Below, piece by piece: positions 52,063 through 61,021 of a stretch of DNA of 64,000 nt. The stretch is from Eledone cirrhosa. Taxonomy: Eukaryota. The notes below the pieces were generated by a model. The model was not told the DNA's origin. It saw nothing but the letters and a program-made list of their open reading frames with translations, and made no database searches. The DNA is taken from contig OZ024740.1 in assembly GCA_964016885.1 (NCBI GenBank), positions 409,820,001 through 409,884,000 of the forward strand, read 5' to 3'. Position numbers and translations under genes: made by a program. The first letter of the stretch is position 1; each line of letters starts with the position of its first letter.

Positions 52063-53122
52063 ACCCCGACTAGTTTTGACATTAAAATGTCAATGAAAGT
52101 CAAAGCACAACAGAAGTCATTGTTTATATATCACATTTGTAGTCGAACCATGACAACAGTTGTGGTCTGAGGGGTACTCGGTTCTGATGTAAAATACTCA
52201 GTAGTGATTGGATGAATTAGGAAGCTATTTTTAATTTAAACCAATCAGTGTTTTATGAATAATTTTTTTCTTAATATGAGGGCACGTTGCAATCAATCTC
52301 TCTCTTTTTGAGAGAGAGAGAGAGCAAGCAACACATTTTAATAACAATAATTCATATCTGGTGTCAGAAAGGTGAAGATGATGATGATGTCAGAAAGGGA
52401 AAATGAAACATTTTTCGAAGGTTTTACTGAAACTGATTTAGTTGAAGCACAAAAAAAAAAAATGATTCTTTTATTGAAAATGAACATTGATTTAAGCCAG
52501 AATGTGACTCTGTTGATGATAATATATCGATGAATTCTAGTGTAGATGAAAGCAAACCCATGGTGGAATGGAGCGATAATTGTTCTGAAGTCGGTGTTGA
52601 TATATTCAGAGGAAATCTTTGCCCAGTTGATATTTTGGATGCTGAGAATGAGAAGAAAGAACTAAATTTTTACTTTCAAATATTTAATAATGATTTGTTC
52701 AATTTGCTGGTGGTTGAAACAAACAAATATGCTGAAGCAAAAGGCCCTGATCAGAAATGACAAAACACAACTGCTTTGGAAATAAGGGCCAATATTGTAT
52801 TTCAGATAGTGATGGAAGTTGTTTTTGTCCCTAATCAGGATTTTGTAAAAGATAATCTAGTTCGGTTGGCAGGGATTAGGGAATTGATTACAAGGGACAG
52901 ACTGAACCAGTCCTGTATTATCTGATTCACTATATGGGGGACTAAATTTGAAAAAGGAGAATGACTTCACTGGTAGTTGCTATGTTTTAATAATCCAATG
53001 TTTTATAAAGAGACATTTTTGTTATTAATAAATGTTCCTTTATAAAACATTGGATTATTAAACATATCAACCACCAGTGAAATCATTCTCTTTTTTTCAA
53101 ATATATCTTACTGCACTAAGGG
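52063..53122 (+). mobile_element. Old piggyBac-like element of a different family
   Basis: FEGFTETDL, FQIFNNDLFNLLVVETNKYAE and TTALEIRA are PGBD-type N-terminal motifs. Candidate CCC...GGG ends. Confidence 0.65.
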
Positions 53123-54308
53123 TTTTCTTTATTGTCCAATATATATATAGTTAATATATGGCTGAGTCGTTAGAGAATTGGATTCGCAATCATGAGGTTG
53201 TGATTTTGATTCCCAGACCAGGCAATGTTATGTATCTCCTTGAGCAAAACACTTTATTTCACATTGCTTCTTCTGCTTGGAGTTGCAACCGACAAATAGT
53301 ATTAGCAATTGGAAAGACCAATGGAGACATCGTTTCCTCAGTCCGATTTGATGAGCTCCACCCCACTCGTTAAGTAAATGAGGTCTGGATCTTGTCGATA
53401 GACTATCGTTATAGTTAATGAAAGTGGAAGAATCCACTTATGTTTTAGCAAGGTGAGTTAAGCTCAATAGTCATGTCTAAAAATGGAGGGAATCAAAGCC
53501 CAGGCTGTACTTCAAAGGATTGTGATACTGATAAAGGAAGACTATGAAAGCCAGAGAGCATAAATAATCAATACAAAAGGGAAACCAATTCAAATTCAGT
53601 CTTTAATTTCTTCAATTGTTTCTATGAGGATAAATGTAGCACCAGTACAAATAATTAATGGGTCAATTAATTAATAATTTATATGGCAATCATCAGGAAA
53701 TATAGATAAATCCATTGAGTTACTTTAACACATCAACAATATAGAAAAGCAAACATTGAAATAGCAGATAGAACACATGAGAAATAGAAAAGCAGGTGAG
53801 TCGTGTAATTAGAGAACAACATTAATATAAGAATTTTGTAGGAAGTTATATACTAAGGAAACAAACCGTTAGGATCTTAAATGGATTTGAAAGTTGCTAT
53901 GCATGGAGAGAAAAATATTTGAAATTACATGTGTACACTATAGTGTACAGTTCCTATAATGATATTGTCAATGTAGCAAATCCACCGAAAAGATTCTACT
54001 CACAAAGAATTAAATGAAAAGAGGAACGTTAACAAGGTCATTTTCTGCCTACAAAAGCAAGCATGTGTTGGTGTATAAACAAAGAAATACTGTTAGATTA
54101 AGTATATATATAAATAAATAATTATGAATTTAAATACTCAAGTTAAGTAAATGTGCCAATAACATTTCAAGCTCAATGTAAAATCAGAATAAGCAAAATA
54201 ATATGAATCTTATCACTGGTATAATCTGCAAAATTGTTTTTTCAATCTCCAGGTGGTTGGTGAGGATGATGCACAAGATAGAAACTGTCTTTAAAATGCT
54301 TATTTTTG

Positions 54309-54342
<34 letters not shown>

Positions 54343-54761
54343 AATATTGTGTACAGTGCTCAGGTGCACTACAACTCTTCAAAAAGTGTATGTATCGTAC
54401 ATAGGGTAATGTACAAACGTCAGGAAAATGAACAGTACATGAGTCATGATATACACATGTGTGCATGTGTATGGAAGGGGTACATCAGGTGTAGTTTTGG
54501 TGTGTACATGTGGATCACCATATCTAGTTGTCTTTGATCTGGAGAAGGTTTTTAACAAAGTACCACAACCAGTCATTTGCCGGTCCTTAAGTATAGAAGA
54601 ATGTCTTGGGAGGGCAGTGCAAGCCCTGTACAGAGGAAGTCTCAGTAAAGTGAGAATAAGTAATGAGTATAGTGTGGAAGTCAATGTTGCTATGCTTGAG
54701 TTTCTTATCTTTGTTCTTTCATATTTTCTTACATTTTTAATTTATGTTTTTTTCTTTGTAG

Positions 54762-54885
54762 GTGGGGCCTGTACCACCTGGCCCAGCACCACCTGGCTTT
54801 ATACCCACAATGGTTGCAGGTGGTCCTGGACCAAGCCCAGATATGATCAAACCTCCTCCAGTGATGCCACCTGGAATCCCACCAG
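54762..54885 (+). CDS. Exon 3 of the Pro-rich protein gene (VGPVPPGPAPPGFIPTMVAGGPGPSPDMIKPPPVMPPGIPP)
   Basis: Long T tract plus TAG acceptor and AG/GTAAAA donor, phase 0 to 1. Confidence 0.85.
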
Positions 54886-55129
54886 GTAAAATATTTTATT
54901 GCTTTCTATATTTCTATTTCAAATGTAACAGGATGGAATGAAATGGCTAACATCTTGGATTGAACAGGTCTGTTTCAATCTAATGTATTATTTGATGTGG
55001 TCCATCTTTATTTCCTTTGTTCCTAGCAAGGAAAGTGGGCGTTAAAACGACAACGATGATGATATGGCCCAGCATACTGAGATCAGACCTCAACATGTCT
55101 TTCTATGTTTTGGTTGTTGTTTTTGTTTT

Positions 55130-57870
55130 TTTTTGAAAGCTTATTGATTATTTTTCATACACCTCACATGCCTATACCAGACCAATTTACTCTCTTGTAT
55201 ACTCAGCTGATACCTCTAGTGCCCAGTTTTTCTCTCAGTACACTTGTGCCCCATCATTCATGCACATTGACATTACACATCCATTGGGGCATGCTTATTT
55301 CATTTCTTTCTCACTTCTGCAATTCCACAACATTCAGCACCCTTGTTTTGCTACTATTCAGTATTGCACTTCATACATGAGCATCATACAATCTCCTTCA
55401 CTCTGGCCCTTTGTTGCCACTGGAGGTAAGAACTCCATGAATTTTTCCATCCCACCCTTACTCTAGCTACTATTCTTTGGCTGCACTTAGCTCCACTGCT
55501 GACTGAGTCACTAACAACTACTTCTGATTACTCCCATGCATCTATTAAATCTGAAATCCTTCTCTGTCATTGTACCTGAGATTCCACTGTTTGAATTGGT
55601 TAGACAGTTCCCATCTAGTCCCTTTCTGTGTATTGATGGCCAGTTTGTAGTAGTTTTCTGCTAAGACTTTCATCTTTGCTGAATTGACCTTTAAGCCTCT
55701 CAATCTTAGAACCTGCTTACATACTTGGAACTTTTCTAATTTTTCAATTATGGAAACTAGATTGTCATCATATATGATTTTCCGTGAACAGTCAATCTTG
55801 AACTCTTCTGTTAGAGCTTGGAGAATTATTATACACAGGGGGTGGGGAATGAGAACTGGGCCCTCAAAGACACCTAGTTGCTTATTTAACCCTTTAGCAT
55901 TCAAAGCGACAAAAACCGACAAGATTATGTCCCCTTTCATTTATTCAAACCGACAAAAACCGACATTTAATACCACACGGAGATTTCCTTCTAAAAATAA
56001 ACATTGACATCATCGAAATCTCGTCAATTCGAGATTACTGCGAGATAAAGCCCTTACGCGCGAAAATTAACTCTTAGTATAGTTAAAGAACTTGCGATAA
56101 CACGTGTTTTTAACGTTGAAAGTGTAACATGGCTTCCGAAAGTAGTGACAACGAATTTGAAGGTTTTACGTCCGACGACATTCAAGATCAAAAAGAAACA
56201 GAAGATAATATCAGTGATTTATCTTCAAACGAATCAGATATATTTATTTCTGATATATCTGATAATGATGATAGTTACTTTGAAAGTGAAAGAGAAGATT
56301 TGACTGACACCATTGAAAAAATAGCAACGTGGTTGAAAGAAACATCGATACATGTTTCGGATTTTACTGAAAATATTGGACCACAACACACATTACCACC
56401 CGATGCTAAAGCACTGGATTATTATTTTTTATTTTTACCACAATCTTTCTTCGAAGTTGTGGCAAATCGCTATGCACAACAACAAATTTCTAATATCGGA
56501 AAACCCGATCTGTTATGTTGTCCGACAGATTCTGCCGAAATGAAAGCGTTTTTTACCATAAATATTATGTTTGGTATTAAACAATTTCCACGACTGTGGA
56601 ATTATTGGAGTACTGATATAAGGTTTGGTGACCCTTATATATCTAGTATTATGGCAAAAACGAGATTCATTAAATTAAACCACTATTTGCATCTGGTTGA
56701 TACTTCAAATACCCCTGGTAGAAATGAATCAAATTACGACCCACTGTACAAAGTACGACCATTAATTGAAATATTGTCAGAAAAATTTAAAAGTGTGTAT
56801 AAACTTATATATTGGGAACTTTCTGTTGGGAACACCGTACATTTACAGAGTACATTGCCAATATTATTTTGACCGGTGAAAAGGTTTTATACATTTTTTT
56901 CAATGAAAATATTTGCCTGGAATGTAGAGAAAAACTAAAACAGTGTACTGATTACACCTGCATTTTTAATTAATTCACCTGTTCGGAAAACTGCTAGAAT
57001 TGATGGAAATCAGCATCTAGGTCATTATTGGATTCTTTTGCAACAAATCTAACAGATAAGGCAGATAAAGTTTAAATTTTTGTGTTTATCCATAAAGTTA
57101 TTACTTTTACACCTGTTAATTAATTTCACCTGCCCATAAAAGTCAAATTTAACAAAAAAAATCAGGTAAAAATATATAATTGTAAATTATAGTTATTTAA
57201 ACATCTACTGACAAAATTTCAAGCCTGCACATAGAAAATTAAAGTAATTACAAACAAATAAAATTGATAACCCTCTTGAGTATAATTAAGTGAAAATAAT
57301 GCGAATAGATGAACATGACATTTGACAATTCAATGTGAATGCTAAAGGGTTAATATCTCACTGAACTAGTTGCTCACTCTCACTTTGCAGAGAACAGACA
57401 TCACAAGCCATTCTTTTAACATCAGCTTTCTAAGCAACTTTCAGACTACAGAATGTGACACCCTCTTAAAAGGGAAGTAGTATGTGTGCTACTTGGGTGG
57501 ATATTTTCAGCACCTTAGTGACTATTTGTGACAGTGCCTTCTTATTCTTAATTACTCTTTTTACTCTATAGTCAACCTTAAGAGCTGGTCTTGTTAGATT
57601 CACTAGGTAAACCCCCTGTTTTCCCACACATACCTTTTTATTCTCACTGTCAGTAGGTACAAGTGCACCATTATTATTCCATTTGCTTCTCTTATCCAAA
57701 GATGTCCAGATTTACTCCTCACAACATTGAACATTGGCACACCTCTTTGTTTCTGCTTTTTTCTTTGTTAAATATATTTGATTTTAGCTTCTCTTCTAGC
57801 TACTTGATATTTTTTGTTGCTTCCAATTTTCCTCCATTCTTTTCTGGCCCCCTTTCTTAGTTTTTATATT
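55130..57870 (-). mobile_element. Old RTE LINE interrupted by piggyBac copy 2
   Basis: RT remnants (LQALTEEFK, YDDNLV, GLKVNSAK) continue across the TTAA insertion site. Confidence 0.65.
55890..57349 (+). mobile_element. Internally deleted piggyBac element, copy 2 (ORF 56129-56872)
   Basis: TTAA TSDs, the same TIRs and subterminal direct repeats CGACAAAAACCGACA. Near-identical to copy 1. Confidence 0.95.
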
Positions 57871-58334
57871 TCTATCTACTGTACTATTCCATCATGATGT
57901 CATTCATAGTTTGACTGAGCCTTGCTCCATTCACAAAGCCATTGTTTTACTAACAACACATATGCTTCCTGCTTTATGGTTATTTTTGTCATTTAGCCCC
58001 TGATCAGCTCCAATTGAACAGGCCTATGGGAACAGGCATTCAAGTCATAACCATTACATCTTACATTAAGGCAGAACTACATTAGCTAATGTGTATTCCA
58101 TTTTTTTAAAAGCAGGAGATTTGGTTGCTATTTCTAGCAGATTGGACAAATAAAAGATTCCCACCAGTTCTCAATTAGCTGAAGTAAAATAGTTCACTTG
58201 TAAAAGAAAGATTTATTATGCTCGCTTTATTCTTCTGTTATAAGTTTTCAGTATTAGTTTTAACTGTTCATTCTTGAATTATATTTAGTTTAATTACCAA
58301 TCCTATTTTATTGAAACTATCCTTTTTTTTTTAG

Positions 58335-58473
58335 CTTACACACCTGTACCGCCTTTTGTTCCTCCACGTTCCAGTTCTGGAGCTGTACCAACACGACCTG
58401 GGGTACCACCACGCCCTGGAATACCACCTCCTGGATTACCTATCCCACCCCCAGGCTTTCCACCCACTACAGG
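58335..58473 (+). CDS. Exon 4 of the Pro-rich protein gene (AYTPVPPFVPPRSSSGAVPTRPGVPPRPGIPPPGLPIPPPGF...)
   Basis: Poly-T plus TAG acceptor and AG/GTATGT donor. The phase-1 start matches exon 3. Confidence 0.85.
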
Positions 58474-59740
58474 TATGTTATTTGTTATGATTTGAAGACT
58501 ATAAGAGTTACCTTTCTTACTTGAAATTTAAGTACACAACTATTTAAGATTGACATATGCAAGAAGGCTATAAGAATAATTTCAAACCTTATTTCTAGAA
58601 TGTCCCCAAATTTGTCTTTATACAGTAACCTGTCAGTGTTCACACAGAAGCAATTGTATGATTGTAGTTGTATACATTACAAATAGGATGATGGACACAT
58701 TTCTTAACTGCCATAATGTCTTTGTATTCAGTAATCAATTCAATTACTTAGTTGCTTACTTTTTAGCTTGTTTTTGCACAATATAGTAATTCAGTATTTT
58801 TACCTTGGAAAAGAAAATCAGGTTAATTATGTATGGTTCCTGGTAATCTGTCTGTATGCTCTAATTCTATAATACTTTTGCATGAGAAATGGATGTTCAT
58901 ATGAATATCGCTGGAACTTTGTTCTTTAAGAAGCTGAAACTGATTTGGGGCCCATAATAGGATTATAGCCCCTGTCATTAAAACGCTCAAGAAATCTCTT
59001 TGAGATGCAACATTGTGGGCACCAACTAAACCAAGTGTAAGTGCATATTGTGCAATTTTCCTATGTTGTTAAGTCACCAAGTACATTTTATGGGAGCTAA
59101 TGTTAAACGTCCTAATGTAACATATAGTGTTTTGTTTTAGAAAATAACAATCGTTTGTCATGTATATTATAAGAATTGTATGGGTGCCTAGTAATGATAG
59201 CTTACTCCTATTTTTTTTATTACTATTATTGTCTCGTCTCTGTGCTTCTCTTTACATGGTCAGTTTATGTGGAGAAATCATACTGGAGCTAATATCTCTA
59301 TCATCATCATAAATCCACACAATACTACAGTGTTTGCAGTAGTCGACATGCTTGTTTTTGCATTACAAGCAATAAATATACAAACTGTCACAAGATCAAA
59401 TCATAACACTTTCTTGCCTATTTTTACTTTAACAAAATTTATCTTATCACTTGCTTTGTTTTCCTCTCTAGTCTCCTATCTTTCAACCAAGCCTACTGTA
59501 CTTCTCTATATTCTGTTTGCTTAACAAACTGACCACGTTCTCTGTAATTCTTTTCTCTTACCCATCCCCAATTGATCTCTCTGGCTACAATGATCATGAT
59601 TTAAGAAGTCACACTCAGTGTTAACAGATTTGTTGTGCTGGAGTGACAACTGAAATAGAAACACTAAGTGTTCTAGCATATTGTCTCGACTAAATGAAGC
59701 CTAAAGACATTACACAAGGACAGTACATATCTTTCTTATC

Positions 59741-59916
59741 TATGAGAGTCGACTGAAGAGTCCATAGGCTGACCAAATGAGGTTTATTTTTCAACAGTCT
59801 CTGGAAAGAAACAATGCAGTTATTTAATAAGAGTTGAAATTAATGCATTCAAGATTTCATGGCTCCAGCATCAATCCTTCATAGATAGCCTATGAACTTT
59901 TAAGTTGACCCTCATA
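59741..59916. mobile_element. mariner-type MITE
   Basis: ~30-bp TIR TATGAG.GTC.ACT.AA.AGT.CATAGGCT with TA ends. Confidence 0.75.
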
Positions 59917-60061
59917 TATGAAAGGAGACTGGTATGTAATTTAGTGCTTTACAGTGCTGAGAGTTGTTGCTCTCCAATTTGTTATTTAACTGATCTTGAT
60001 TATAGTGTGTATGTAGTATAAGAAAACTACATTTTAAATTGTTTTTGACATTGAATTTCAG

Positions 60062-60183
60062 GTACAACTGTCTCACTTCCGGGTGCTTTACCTGGATCTG
60101 TTGGTCAGACACAAACCACCCAGCAACAATCTTCCATTGCAGCTTCCTCAACCACCTCTATAGAGTGTAAACCTGCTGAAAAG
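60062..60183 (+). CDS. Probable exon 5 (GTTVSLPGALPGSVGQTQTTQQQSSIAASSTTSIECKPAEK)
   Basis: TTTCAG acceptor and AAG/GTTAGT donor, with a protein-like phase-1 frame. There is a 1-nt phase conflict with exon 4 as assembled. Confidence 0.7.
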
Positions 60184-60746
60184 GTTAGTGATGGCTTTAT
60201 CATTTCACATGCATTTACTTTCCCCTGTATGTATATACTCTGAACGTACAACCTTTGCTAGCAAGAAAAATGGATGTTAAATGATGATGATGATGACGCA
60301 TACTTGTAGTAAGGATTTTTTACATTGGCACAAATCATAAATTTGTTTCAACTTCAATTAATGATGTAGTTTCTATGTAGTCACTACCTGCTAAAAGTAG
60401 CAGCCAAATCTCTTTTAAATTACACCATCATCAACATCATCATCACCATTTAATGTTTAATGTTTGGGAGGGATCACACATTGAACACTGCAGTTCTGAA
60501 TGCTTAGTATTTGAGCAAAAGACAGGATAGCATAAATCGGCTCAATTAAGGCTGAGCTGGTGCTAAACATCAAATACAACTGGTACTTATTTATTGACTC
60601 TAAAGGAATGAAATCGTGAAGGCATGTAGTGGTTAGGATCACATGTCATTTCGCGTTGCTTTTCATGACTGGGGAACCTCTCATCAAAACACCCTATTAA
60701 GTAAGAGGCGAGCTAATTCTGCATATGTGTGGGCTGTAAATTTCCG

Positions 60747-60930
60747 TGGATTGGCAGTATCGGTAGAGGGTCGGACGCCATGCTTTCCAGCATAGTTACG
60801 TCCCTTTACGATCTGAGTTCAAATCCTGCCGAGGTTGACTTTGCCTTTCATCCTTACGGGGTCGATAAAATAAAGTACCAGTAATGCACTGGGTAATTTA
60901 TGGCCTTGTGCCTAAAGTAGAAACAATTAT
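60747..60930 (+). mobile_element. Dominant octopod-type SINE, young copy
   Basis: GGATTGGCAGTATCGGTAGAGGGTCGGACG...GTAGAAACAATTATT. Confidence 0.92.
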
Positions 60931-61021
60931 TTTTTTTTTAATTTCAAGGGAATGAAAAATTAAATACTTTCTGGTACCCTGTCTGGTACACTAACATTTC
61001 AGTCACTTTTCTACTTTGTGA

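Noticed and set aside
53612-53697. Minus-strand CUGAUGA...GAAACAAUUG
   Set aside because: It lacks the UH cleavage site and a stem II base pair.
46740-57349. Composite transposon carrying exon 3
   Set aside because: The outer ends are both 3' termini and each copy has its own TTAA site in a different flank, which fits two independent insertions.
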